Shown here piece after piece: positions 1-9,309 of a stretch of DNA of 64,000 nucleotides. The position numbers and the translations under genes were made by a program. Source of the DNA: an uncultured bacterium (GTDB taxonomy: Bacteria; Fidelibacterota; Marinisomatia; Marinisomatales; UBA1611); contig CAJVZI010000001.1 of the NCBI GenBank assembly GCA_913020665.1, forward strand, positions 4,098-68,097, in the 5' to 3' direction. Numbering within the stretch: the stretch's first letter is position 1; each line of letters starts with the position of its first letter. Under the pieces are notes generated by a model. That model was given only the letters and a program-made list of their open reading frames with translations, made no database searches and was not told the DNA's origin.

Positions 1-362
1 GTGTATGTACCATTTAGAGCTATGTTCAATGATGTCAATCGCTGTTGACCGTCTAAAACACTTACAATACTTTTTTTGCTCGAAAGAGATGCTTTTTGGT
101 TGCGACTATACCTTGTGTCATAATGTTTGATAAAATTATAAAAAACATTACTGTTTATGGCCGTTTGATCATTTAACTCCCATAGCAAAAAAGTACCTAT
201 TGGGAAACCTTGCATTATCGAATCAAAAAGCCCCTCGATCTGCGGGGTATCCCAAACAAATTTTCTCTGTAGAGCTGGTAGAAATAGCTCATTCTTTCTG
301 ATCACTTCTACAGTCTCTGCTATGGTTTGACCGCTATAACCTTTTTTACGTCTAATTCCCAT
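1..362 (-). CDS. DUF262 (GmrSD-type / ParB-like) domain protein, N-terminal part, truncated by the window edge
   Basis: Absent from the ORF track. Manual translation from ATG at 362 gives MGIRRKKGYSGQTIAETVEVIRKNELFLPALQRKFVWDTPQIEGLFDSIMQGFPIGTFLLW...VSVLDGQQRLTSL, with the DUF262 motifs QR.FVW, DS...G.P.G and DGQQR in one open frame. Confidence 0.88.
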   Translation of the reverse strand, partial: MGIRRKKGYSGQTIAETVEVIRKNELFLPALQRKFVWDTPQIEGLFDSIMQGFPIGTFLLWELNDQTAINSNVFYNFIKHYDTRYSRNQKASLSSKKSIVSVLDGQQRLTSLNIALNGTY

Positions 363-378
363 CTTTCATTCCTATCTA

Positions 379-924
379 TTAATCAAGAACAAATTTCATT
401 TGGCCATTATAGATGTCGCTCTCGTTTATCCAATCAAAATAATAATAATCCAGAATTAATGTGTCACCAACCATGATCTTAACTGGTGCTATCATGTTCG
501 ATACCTCACCATCTGCGTTACTTACCGATGTAATATTTGAAGTTGGAACTTCCATTCCACTAAAACCAGTAATATAGGTTGTATCATAAGAAACCCATAC
601 AAGGTCATCTGTCAAGCCACGGTGAATGTAATAACCTAACGTATCACCCAACTCCCAGAATAAGTTCGACTCCCAATAGAATTTTATAAATTCTGCTGGA
701 ATATTATCTTTATACGCAATTCCTCTAACTCTATAGAGTGTCTGCCAGTTGAATGGGTCTATGCTTAGGTGGTAATAACCATTTTGGTCTTTTGTGATCC
801 CAGTGTCTTCATATATGATCTCGAAACTGTAATTAGAAGCTTGAAACAGATCATCCTCTACCTGATCAGAACAACCAATAAAAATTATATAAAAGGTCAG
901 TAAAAATTTTGTTCCTCTAAACAT
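379..924 (-). CDS. Hypothetical lipoprotein
   Basis: 181 aa with a hydrophobic N-terminus ending in lipobox-like IFIGC and an acidic, aromatic-rich mature part. Confidence 0.6.
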   Translation of the reverse strand: MFRGTKFLLTFYIIFIGCSDQVEDDLFQASNYSFEIIYEDTGITKDQNGYYHLSIDPFNWQTLYRVRGIAYKDNIPAEFIKFYWESNLFWELGDTLGYYIHRGLTDDLVWVSYDTTYITGFSGMEVPTSNITSVSNADGEVSNMIAPVKIMVGDTLILDYYYFDWINESDIYNGQMKFVLD

Positions 925-952
925 TGTAAACTTAATTTACATAAATGTTTGT

Positions 953-990
953 AAAAAATAAAAGGCCTCTATAAAGAGACCTTTTATTTT
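953..990 (-). terminator. Rho-independent terminator after the LPP20 lipoprotein gene (possibly bidirectional)
   Basis: Minus strand reads AAAATAAAAGGTCTCT-TTAT-AGAGGCCTTTTATTTTTT, a stem-loop (one G-U pair) followed by a U tract, about 50 nt downstream of the stop at 1040. Confidence 0.75.
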
Positions 991-1039
991 ATATATATTT
1001 ATAATATTAGATATAATATTAAATATCTAAAGTAATACT

Positions 1040-1606
1040 TTACTCTTTTGGTGCAACGCTAGAACTACCTTTTATTCGGTCGATGGCCTGATCTAATGCA
1101 TCAAATGCCTGCCGAGCTTTAAATTCATTATAGAGCGCTTCTTCTTTCTTCGCTTCTGATCTTGCGGCAGCCTTTGCCTCTTCTCTGGCCTTATTCGCAT
1201 CGTAAGTTACCATAACAAAGACCCTATCTTTGAAGATCTCTGTTTTTTCAATGGTACATCCTTTTAACGTGGTATTCACCAGCGATTTTGATACAGATTC
1301 CGTGAATTCTGTTGCGCCTGCCTCGGCGCCCATGCCTGATGCCTGCATGTGATCATTTAAAGCAGAATTAACAGTGGTCTCTACAGCTCTTGCCACCTCT
1401 ACTCTAGCGCGCTCCGTAGCTACTTGTTTGGAAAGATTAAATTGCGGACGTAGTGCATCTCCAACACCTACAAACTTATCTTCAAACTTTGGAGGGTTTA
1501 GATACCACTCTGGAAGATCTTTATTTGATAAAGGTTTTGGCTTGGACCCAGCACACCCAAAGAAAATTAACATTGCTATTAAAGTGATAAGATTAGTTTT
1601 GTACAT
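1040..1606 (-). CDS. LPP20 family lipoprotein
   Basis: Lipobox FFGC, followed by P.WY.NPP, GVG.A and A..RAR.EVA patterns typical of LPP20 proteins. Confidence 0.75.
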   Translation of the reverse strand: MYKTNLITLIAMLIFFGCAGSKPKPLSNKDLPEWYLNPPKFEDKFVGVGDALRPQFNLSKQVATERARVEVARAVETTVNSALNDHMQASGMGAEAGATEFTESVSKSLVNTTLKGCTIEKTEIFKDRVFVMVTYDANKAREEAKAAARSEAKKEEALYNEFKARQAFDALDQAIDRIKGSSSVAPKE

Positions 1607-1704
1607 AAGCCCCTCAATAATATTTTGTTTTACATAAACAAGTGTTTAATAAATATAACACTATTGTCTCAAAATTGTTCCTTTATATTTATCTCTCTAG
1701 ATGA

Positions 1705-2955
1705 TCAATCATTGTGAAATAATTTTTCATAATAATTATCTGTCATTTCATGGTCCATTGAACTAATAAAACCTGAGAAAGAAAAATAGCTGACCATACG
1801 GTCAATATCTTTCATCCAAAATGGTAAATATTTTGGCTTATTGATGAGTCCTTCTTTTTTCATCTTAAGCACAATCGGTATATCATTTAGGTCTATTTTC
1901 CCAGTAAACAATATCTCTAGTTCATTTAATTTGCCTTTATTTACAGCAGCCCTAAAAAGATTATGAACTCTGATCATACCATCAAGGTATACAATATCCT
2001 TCGTGAATGGAGCACCTCCTGATACTACACCGCCTCTAAACACCCTGCGTGCATTTTCAAAGGCATCTGTTTTCAATCTTGTTCTATCCTTAAAAAATCT
2101 GTAGACATCTATAAAACTTGCTCCATCGATCGCCATCTGGATCGCAACCACACGGTCTGATATACGATTCATCCGTTCGATATCAATACAACCTGTGATA
2201 AACTCTGAAAAAACAGCAAGTCCTTCTTGTGTTTTGGTAACAGCACCATAATTTGCTCCTAGGAGCTTGATCTTATCTTGCGCTCTTCCATTTAAAGATG
2301 TTGCAACATGTACTAATGCCTCATGATTTATAAGTTGGTCGACATCTTTTTTTGTAAAACTTGCTCCTTTCCTTAACCTTATCCTCTTTGAACTTGCGGT
2401 AGCTTTAGCAGAAATATTATCAACCACTAAAATTTCTGGACTTTCATTACCAAAAATACCTTTGATCTTTTTTTCCATCATTTCACCAACCTCCTTGGCA
2501 GTCATAAGATCCTTATTACTGACCCTGGAACTGTTTTGATAATATTCCATAACAGAAGAAAATTTATTAGCAAGATCCAGTGGAGTTGTTTTTCCATCAC
2601 GCAGTTTACCCTTCGGTAATCCGTATATATTTGAAGATATCTTAAAAAACTCTTTTTTACCACAGTGGCTGATCAAATTCATACCAGCTTCTATATTATG
2701 AAGTTTTGTTTTTAACCATTCATCAAAAGGGGTATCACCCAAAAGCGCCATAGCCTTATCTAGTCTATGGCGTACTGGAGCACCATCAAAAGTGGGGTAT
2801 GTAATATTTGGTAGTTTTGCTGATCCTGATCGGAAAAAATTATATCGTATAGATGAGGGCCAATTCAAATGGCTTAGTATCCTTACTTTTCTGCTTGCTT
2901 TATAGAGGATATTCGCAAGCTTTATAAGTCTGAGCTTGTCTTTTTGATCCAACAT
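1705..2955 (-). CDS. DUF1704 / QEGLA-motif metallopeptidase (MATCAP-like family)
   Basis: HEALVH zinc motif, TQEGLA motif and FTKD..YL.G motif. Confidence 0.88.
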   Translation of the reverse strand: MLDQKDKLRLIKLANILYKASRKVRILSHLNWPSSIRYNFFRSGSAKLPNITYPTFDGAPVRHRLDKAMALLGDTPFDEWLKTKLHNIEAGMNLISHCGKKEFFKISSNIYGLPKGKLRDGKTTPLDLANKFSSVMEYYQNSSRVSNKDLMTAKEVGEMMEKKIKGIFGNESPEILVVDNISAKATASSKRIRLRKGASFTKKDVDQLINHEALVHVATSLNGRAQDKIKLLGANYGAVTKTQEGLAVFSEFITGCIDIERMNRISDRVVAIQMAIDGASFIDVYRFFKDRTRLKTDAFENARRVFRGGVVSGGAPFTKDIVYLDGMIRVHNLFRAAVNKGKLNELEILFTGKIDLNDIPIVLKMKKEGLINKPKYLPFWMKDIDRMVSYFSFSGFISSMDHEMTDNYYEKLFHND

Positions 2956-2962
2956 ATTTGAC

Positions 2963-4255
2963 TTACTTGATTATTTTACCTATCAGCTCGTATTCATTTG
3001 CTTCAAGGATCTCTACATCATTGAATGTACCGACCTCAGCAGTGTTCTTTATATGTATAATATTATCTATCTCTGGAGAATCATACTCTGAACGACCAAC
3101 ACTTACCTCACCTTCACTCTCATCGACAATCACTTTTAATGTCTTGCCAATGAAAGACTCATTTTTTTCTAAACTGATCTCATGCTGTATTTCGAGGATC
3201 TCATTCTTCCTGTTATCTTTTACTTTCCTAGGAATGTCATCTTTTAGATCAGCAGCTAAAGTACCCTCTTCTTCTGAGTAAGTAAAAATGCCGAGCCGGT
3301 CAAAACGTATTTCTTCTACAAAATCTTTAAGCGTGTAATAATCATCTTCTGTTTCACCTGGATGACCAACAATAAGTGTAGTACGTAGTGCAATATTTGG
3401 CACTGCCTCTCTTAACCTAGATATCCTATTTTTGATCCCATCCTGACCTAGTCCTCTTCTCATTGCTTTGAGCATATCATCAGACGCATGTTGGATGGGC
3501 ATATCTAGATAGTTACATACTTTATCACAATTGGCGATCGCATCAATGATACGTTGGGATAAATGGGCAGGATGAGCATAATGAACACGGATCCATTCTA
3601 TGCCATTTATTGTATTCAATTCTTTCAGAAGATCACTAAGGTAAACCTTTTTTTCCAGATCCCATCCATACGAAGTTGAATCCTGAGCGATCACTAGTAA
3701 TTCTTTGGTCCCATTTTCAGCCAAACGTTCTGCCTCGCCCATGATAGATGATATGGTCCTACTTTTTTGTAAACCTCGCATGATTGGGATACTGCAAAAA
3801 GAGCATCCATTATCACATCCTTCAGCTATTTTGATATAAGCATAATGATTAGGGGTCATTAATGAACGAAAAAATAGCGGGTCATCCTTAGCAAATTCTT
3901 TTCCTGTTAAAAATGAAACGATCTGTTGATGATCATTGCTACCAAATATCCTGTCTACTTCCGGTATCTCTTTTTTGAGCTCTTCTGGATATCTTTCAGA
4001 TAGGCAGCCCATAACAACTAATTCTTTTAATGAACCGGTCTTTTTCATTTCTGCTGCCTGCAGAATAGTGTCCACTGATTCTTCTCTAGCTATGTCTAAA
4101 AATCCACAAGTATTGACAACAATAGTGTCCGCCTTTTCAGGGTCTTTTGTGATCGTAACATTGGTTTTGTCCAATCCTCCCAAAAGTATCTCAGAATCAA
4201 CAAGATTCTTAGCGCAGCCTAAACTTATGAGATTTAATGTCTTTTTATTTTTCAT
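2963..4255 (-). CDS. rimO: Ribosomal protein S12 methylthiotransferase RimO
   Basis: SLGCAKNLVDSE, NTCGF, radical SAM motif CDNGCSFC and a C-terminal TRAM domain with SPEID. Confidence 0.95.
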   Translation of the reverse strand: MKNKKTLNLISLGCAKNLVDSEILLGGLDKTNVTITKDPEKADTIVVNTCGFLDIAREESVDTILQAAEMKKTGSLKELVVMGCLSERYPEELKKEIPEVDRIFGSNDHQQIVSFLTGKEFAKDDPLFFRSLMTPNHYAYIKIAEGCDNGCSFCSIPIMRGLQKSRTISSIMGEAERLAENGTKELLVIAQDSTSYGWDLEKKVYLSDLLKELNTINGIEWIRVHYAHPAHLSQRIIDAIANCDKVCNYLDMPIQHASDDMLKAMRRGLGQDGIKNRISRLREAVPNIALRTTLIVGHPGETEDDYYTLKDFVEEIRFDRLGIFTYSEEEGTLAADLKDDIPRKVKDNRKNEILEIQHEISLEKNESFIGKTLKVIVDESEGEVSVGRSEYDSPEIDNIIHIKNTAEVGTFNDVEILEANEYELIGKIIK

Positions 4256-4262
4256 GATAATT

Positions 4263-5147
4263 TTAATTATTCTCCAACCCCAATAAACTATCTACATATG
4301 ATATTGGATCAAAAGGTTCGAGGTCTTCTAAACTTTCTCCAACCCCAATAAATTTAACTATAATTTCAAGCTCATCATAAAGAGGGAAAACGATCCCTCC
4401 ACGCGCTGTTCCGTCCAACTTGGTCAATATTGCACCATCAAGCGTATGTTGCTTATTGAATTCTTTCGCCTGCACCAAAGAATTCTGACCAATACAGGCA
4501 TCTAGAGTAATAAGTGGCCTAACGTTAAATTCTGAAAATCTTGTATCAATAACCCTATACATTTTATCTAATTCAGACATAAGGTTGGTGCTAGTGTGCA
4601 AGCGGCCTGCTGTATCAACTATGACTATGCCACTGCCTCTGGAGCTTGCAGATTCTAATCCATCAAAAAGCACTGATACAGGTTCACTACTATTTTCATT
4701 ACAGATCAATCGGCAACCTACTCTATCGCTCCATACCTTAAGTTGATCTACAGCTGCCGCACGATATGTATCTGCAGCCACTAGAGTAACATCAAAACCA
4801 GATGTTTTATACATATTTGCTAATTTAGCTGCCGATGTGGTCTTGCCAGATCCATTTACACCTACTATCGGTATGACGCATGGGATCTTATCTATATTCA
4901 AATCGGTCCGGTCAGGCAATAATTCTACAAGTTTATCCCGAACAATCTTTGTAAGATCTTTACCAGAGTATCCATTAACTAGATCTATTACCACCTGGAC
5001 GGTATCATATCCCATATCCGTTTGAAGGAGGTTTTCTTCAAGGTTATCTAGATCGTCAGAAGAAATTCCCTTACCCATAACAGCATTTAATGCCTGGGAT
5101 ATTTGTGATCTAGATCTAGAAAGTGCTTTGAATAATTTACTTAACAC
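4263..5147 (-). CDS. ftsY: Signal recognition particle receptor FtsY
   Basis: GVNGSGKTT, DTYRAAA, DTAGR and TKLDGTARGG motifs. Confidence 0.95.
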   Translation of the reverse strand: MLSKLFKALSRSRSQISQALNAVMGKGISSDDLDNLEENLLQTDMGYDTVQVVIDLVNGYSGKDLTKIVRDKLVELLPDRTDLNIDKIPCVIPIVGVNGSGKTTSAAKLANMYKTSGFDVTLVAADTYRAAAVDQLKVWSDRVGCRLICNENSSEPVSVLFDGLESASSRGSGIVIVDTAGRLHTSTNLMSELDKMYRVIDTRFSEFNVRPLITLDACIGQNSLVQAKEFNKQHTLDGAILTKLDGTARGGIVFPLYDELEIIVKFIGVGESLEDLEPFDPISYVDSLLGLENN

Positions 5148-5730
5148 TACCAGTTCTAATGGATATGATAAATTGTTTAAGGTACTGGCCCATACTGATA
5201 ATTAGTAAAAAGGTCGCGCTATAGATGGATGTCATTTTTAACCAAGGTAGTGCAGAGAATTCAAATATGTGTAAAAATACACCTAGAGCAGTTATGCCTG
5301 TGGCCCATTTCCCCCACCAATTAGCATGAAGGATCAGGTATCCATAATTCATACAATAGATCGCAAATGCTGCAATGACCATATGTCTTAAGAGATAAAA
5401 ATAGAAGAACCATGCGGGAAAACTCCCAATCCCGACAAGGTAGACCAACACAGATATGATAACGATAAAATCTGCTGTTGGATCGATCCATTTTCCAAAA
5501 TGTGTTACTGCTTGTGCCCTGCGTGCAAAATATCCATCTAGGGCATCTGATAATATCGCCAGTAATATCAAAATACCTGTTATCCAATTCCATTCAGGAT
5601 ATGCCATAGAATAGATTATTGGAATGGCTGAAAAAGCTCGGAGTAAACTAACTAGATTTGCAAGGGTGAGTACCCTTGTAGGATCATTTATTATGCGATC
5701 TTTGAGATTTGGTCTTTTCTTTTGTTCCAA
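5137..5730 (-). CDS. CDP-alcohol phosphatidyltransferase (PgsA/phosphatidylglycerophosphate synthase-like)
   Basis: D.LDG..AR......FG...DP.AD motif. Start moved from 5793 to TTG at 5730, which follows a GGAG ribosome-binding site. Confidence 0.88.
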   Translation of the reverse strand: MEQKKRPNLKDRIINDPTRVLTLANLVSLLRAFSAIPIIYSMAYPEWNWITGILILLAILSDALDGYFARRAQAVTHFGKWIDPTADFIVIISVLVYLVGIGSFPAWFFYFYLLRHMVIAAFAIYCMNYGYLILHANWWGKWATGITALGVFLHIFEFSALPWLKMTSIYSATFLLIISMGQYLKQFIISIRTGSVK

Positions 5731-7027
5731 TATTATTATTCTCCAGGATCGATCGATCAAGATCAATAATTTCATCACAGATCGATCGAACAAATTTTAT
5801 ATCATGAGATACTATAATAAAATGCATCTGGCTCATACACTCTCTTAAAAATGAGCGCAATTTAACCTTCTGTTCCCATCCTAATCCAAAGGTTGGTTCA
5901 TCTAAAATAAGTACATCAAACCTACAATGACATAACAATACAACCAAAAATATTCTTAGTACTACCCATGGAAGTTCTGTCCCTCTCTTATTTTGGATCT
6001 GATCCCATTGCACTCCAAACCTTGTAAGGCGATTTTTAAAGGTTTTATCCAATGATCTGTCAAAAATATTTTTTTCTTTTAACTCTTCGAAGAACTCATT
6101 TACTTTTTTCAATAGTATTATGTGCTCTGGAAATTGATCCATATAGCCTATTTTTTTAGCTATATCACCACTAACTAATAGTTCAATATGTCCACTGGTT
6201 GGCTTTAGGTCATCAAAACATAGTCCAGCAAATGTGGTCTTTCCTGAACCATTATCACCGATAATCCCAAAAGAACGTACATTTTTTATATTGAATGTAA
6301 AGTTAGAAAAAATATTGGGTGAGTTTTCATAATTAAAGGTCAACTCCTTTATAGAAAGATCTAATCTTCCCTCTGGAATTTTGATTGGTGAATATTTATT
6401 GCTTTTCTTTGCTTCAAATGGTAAAAGTGAATCCAGCGATAACTGCCAACTACTATCACTATATTTTAGATCTTCCATTAAAGATGTCGCCCAAATAACA
6501 ATACTGCCTGAGTTATGAACCCAGTCCCTTAACATATCTAAAGACTCCATTTTATTTTTTTCAGATAAAAATGAGAATCCATCATCTATCAATAATACAT
6601 CCGGGTTATGGTCGATAGCTGTTACTAGATTTAAAAGTTCTTTCTCTCCGCCAGATAAATAGCCTGGATTTGAGCTAGGGCTGATCTTATCTGGGAGGTG
6701 TTTTAAACCCCATTCTACTTTCTGTTCTAATTCATCAGGGTCTAACTGCTTACATTCTCCAGAAAAGGTCAATTCTTTACTTACTGTCGATGCAATTATT
6801 TGTTGATCTGGATTCTGATGTATCCTATAATACTCAAAATCAGAATATTGTTGATCTACTTCAAAATTAGTTAATGTATGTGAATCTATATTTTGAATCA
6901 CATCTAGTAAATGAGTCTTTCCAACACCACTTTCTCCATAAATAATATTGATTCCGCTGGAAAAGCAAAATTTCTGTTTCGATTCGCTAAATTTTTTAAA
7001 AAATATAGTGCCTTTTATTTCAGTCAT
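5684..7027 (-). CDS. Tandem ABC ATPase (ECF/CbiO-like, two nucleotide-binding domains), partly degenerate
   Basis: Two Walker A motifs (GESGVGKT, GDNGSGKT), QNPDQQ Q-loop, LSGGE signature, ILDEPT and SHD. Confidence 0.8.
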   Translation of the reverse strand: MTEIKGTIFFKKFSESKQKFCFSSGINIIYGESGVGKTHLLDVIQNIDSHTLTNFEVDQQYSDFEYYRIHQNPDQQIIASTVSKELTFSGECKQLDPDELEQKVEWGLKHLPDKISPSSNPGYLSGGEKELLNLVTAIDHNPDVLLIDDGFSFLSEKNKMESLDMLRDWVHNSGSIVIWATSLMEDLKYSDSSWQLSLDSLLPFEAKKSNKYSPIKIPEGRLDLSIKELTFNYENSPNIFSNFTFNIKNVRSFGIIGDNGSGKTTFAGLCFDDLKPTSGHIELLVSGDIAKKIGYMDQFPEHIILLKKVNEFFEELKEKNIFDRSLDKTFKNRLTRFGVQWDQIQNKRGTELPWVVLRIFLVVLLCHCRFDVLILDEPTFGLGWEQKVKLRSFLRECMSQMHFIIVSHDIKFVRSICDEIIDLDRSILENNNIGTKEKTKSQRSHNK

Positions 7028-8303
7028 GGAGAATATTCCGTATAATACGAGTTGATGATCCCAAATGCTTATGGATCACATCTGTAGCAGCAAGACTGGT
7101 CATTCTATAATACCTATTATCTGTTATGAGTTGGTGTATCTTTGATAAAAATTCATTCTTATTATTGATACAAAAACCACCTCCATCTTTTAATAGCTCT
7201 TCCGCTTCATGTGCATGATGATACTTAGGCCCAAAAAGGACAGCTAGTCTGGCTATAGCTGGCTCCATCACATTATGTATTCCAGTAGTGAGGCCTCCGC
7301 CAATGAAAGCAATTCTACCCTGCCAATATAGTTTTGAAAGCACTCCTACAACTCCAAGAATAACTAATCGATCCGATGGCAAGGTCATATCATTTTTTTT
7401 ATTAAACACTACACCTTTATAACCCAATTTCTTAAAACCAGCTTTTATACGATCTATCGCTGTAGTGGATGGTTCATGAGGAGCATACAAGACCTTAATA
7501 TCATTGTATTCATCCATTATTTCTGCTAATGCCGGAATCAAAAAATGGTCATCTTCCTCATGGGCACTACCAATAATAATTCGTTTTTCTCTATCTAAAA
7601 TACTGTCTGTACGTTTCATAGTAAAATCATCAGCAGTCTTTTTTACCATATCATATCTAGGGTTGCCAAGAACCTTGACCAGCGGACCTATGTTTTTACC
7701 CAAAATAACGTGTATTCCTTCCATATCTTTTTCAGAGACTGTATAGATCGATGATAGGCTACTATAAACAGCTCTATAAAATTGTTTGACCACTGGTTTC
7801 AACTTAGGAGATCCAACTTTAACTCTAGCTGAAAATATATTTGTATGAATTTCTTTTCTTCTTGCCATCCATATCATATTTGGCCAGATATCATAAGATG
7901 CAAAAATGATCTTTTTAGGTCTTACTATATTAAGTACTTTTTTAATGGTCCATGGAAAATCAAACGGGATATACACTTTAAGATCGATCGCATTACTCAT
8001 AGCATTATCATAACCTGATGGCGATGAAAAACTTACTAATATTGTTATTTCATCTCTTATTTCTTTCAATCCCTCGATCACTGGTTTTACCTGATAAAAC
8101 TCACCCAAACTTGCGGCATGAAACCAGTATATATCAGTATTTGATTTATGAGATTTAAAGTATTGTTTTAATACACTACTAGACCGAAACCTTCCTAAGA
8201 CGCTTGCCCTTAATTTGTCCTGAAAGACCGAACCAACCATGGCAAATAAAAAGATCAAGGGATATAATAATACATTATATAATAATGCCCAAAATATTTT
8301 CAT
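7020..8303 (-). CDS. waaA: 3-deoxy-D-manno-octulosonic acid (Kdo) transferase
   Basis: WFHAASLGE, GNPRYD, GGG....HNVMEPA and FGP motifs. Confidence 0.92.
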   Translation of the reverse strand: MKIFWALLYNVLLYPLIFLFAMVGSVFQDKLRASVLGRFRSSSVLKQYFKSHKSNTDIYWFHAASLGEFYQVKPVIEGLKEIRDEITILVSFSSPSGYDNAMSNAIDLKVYIPFDFPWTIKKVLNIVRPKKIIFASYDIWPNMIWMARRKEIHTNIFSARVKVGSPKLKPVVKQFYRAVYSSLSSIYTVSEKDMEGIHVILGKNIGPLVKVLGNPRYDMVKKTADDFTMKRTDSILDREKRIIIGSAHEEDDHFLIPALAEIMDEYNDIKVLYAPHEPSTTAIDRIKAGFKKLGYKGVVFNKKNDMTLPSDRLVILGVVGVLSKLYWQGRIAFIGGGLTTGIHNVMEPAIARLAVLFGPKYHHAHEAEELLKDGGGFCINNKNEFLSKIHQLITDNRYYRMTSLAATDVIHKHLGSSTRIIRNILHD

Positions 8304-8305
8304 TG

Positions 8306-9304
8306 TTAGTCCAAGTTCAATGATCGTATGACGTCATGAGGTTCGATAGAATCCATACAAAATTGTTGTTCTCTATAACAAGGAAAGCTTCCGTTTTGAG
8401 AACATGGCCTACACCAAACATCTTTTTCTATAACAGCAGATTCTGGCAAAACAATACCAGCACCAGTTTCAACTGAGGTCGGTCCTAAGATCATTGTTAC
8501 AGATTTACCAAGAGCTTCTGCCGCATGAATAAGACCTGTATCACTTCCTATAATGTGTTTTGCATTTACTAATATTGCCATCGATTCTCGAAGGCTTGTC
8601 TTGCCAGCCAAATTCACAGACTTTTTTAAACCATTACAAATTTCTTGGCATATCTTATCATTTATACCACCAACTAGAACTGCTGGCATATCTAACTGTT
8701 TTAGAGTATCAATATATTTTTTTGCTGGCCATTGCTTTTGTTTCCAAGCCGCACCAGGTACAACGGCTATATAATCGTCAAAGATCCCTTTTGAGATAAG
8801 TTGTTTTTTTGCGACCTTTAATTCATGACCACTCAATGCCAAAAGTGTTGGTGGTATATGACCACCTTTATTCCAAATAGGCCCAATGTGATCATGGTAC
8901 ATCTCTCGAGCAGAAAACTGTGCTCCAAAGTAACTTTTATGGAAAGAAAATAGCAGTGCTCTTTTTAAGCGGGGTTTTTTCAATTGATACAATGGAGATT
9001 TACTATGAAAAGTTATAATATTTGATCGGATCGAGTTGTGAAGATCAAAAATTAAAGAATAGTCTTTTCTATATAAATATTTACTAAAATCCCACAATTC
9101 CAAAAAGGTGGATCTTCTACTGATCGAAAGGAGGAGATCAATATCAGGATGATATTCTAATAATGGGGTATACTCATCTAATGTCAGAAAAGTTATCTGT
9201 GCGTCAGGATAAGATAGTTTAATTGTTCTTAGTGCAGAAGTAGATAAGACTATATCACCGATCGAACTAAATCGAATGATAAGTATCTTCTGATCATAAT
9301 TCAT
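8306..9304 (-). CDS. GT9 family LPS heptosyltransferase (WaaC/WaaF-like)
   Basis: IIRFSSIGDIVL, PGA....KQWP, DTGLIHAAEA and C.PC motifs; adjacent to waaA. Confidence 0.9.
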   Translation of the reverse strand: MNYDQKILIIRFSSIGDIVLSTSALRTIKLSYPDAQITFLTLDEYTPLLEYHPDIDLLLSISRRSTFLELWDFSKYLYRKDYSLIFDLHNSIRSNIITFHSKSPLYQLKKPRLKRALLFSFHKSYFGAQFSAREMYHDHIGPIWNKGGHIPPTLLALSGHELKVAKKQLISKGIFDDYIAVVPGAAWKQKQWPAKKYIDTLKQLDMPAVLVGGINDKICQEICNGLKKSVNLAGKTSLRESMAILVNAKHIIGSDTGLIHAAEALGKSVTMILGPTSVETGAGIVLPESAVIEKDVWCRPCSQNGSFPCYREQQFCMDSIEPHDVIRSLNLD

Positions 9305-9309
9305 TAAGT

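Noticed and set aside
66-90. Possible frameshift at the poly-T tract in the DUF262 gene
   Set aside because: Codon-by-codon reading shows the ATG at 362 and the DGQQR motif are in the same frame.
991-1035. Very AT-rich stretch with inverted repeat TTAGATAT...ATATCTAA, considered as an origin or operator
   Set aside because: Short and low-complexity, with no DnaA boxes noticed; a chance palindrome is likely.
5740-5790. GATC cluster as an oriC-like methylation array
   Set aside because: It lies inside coding sequence, with no DnaA boxes or AT-rich unwinding element.
5137-5793. CDP-alcohol phosphatidyltransferase ('pgsA') as the missing PGA gene pgsA/capA
   Set aside because: This is only a name collision. 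It is a phospholipid enzyme unrelated to CapA.
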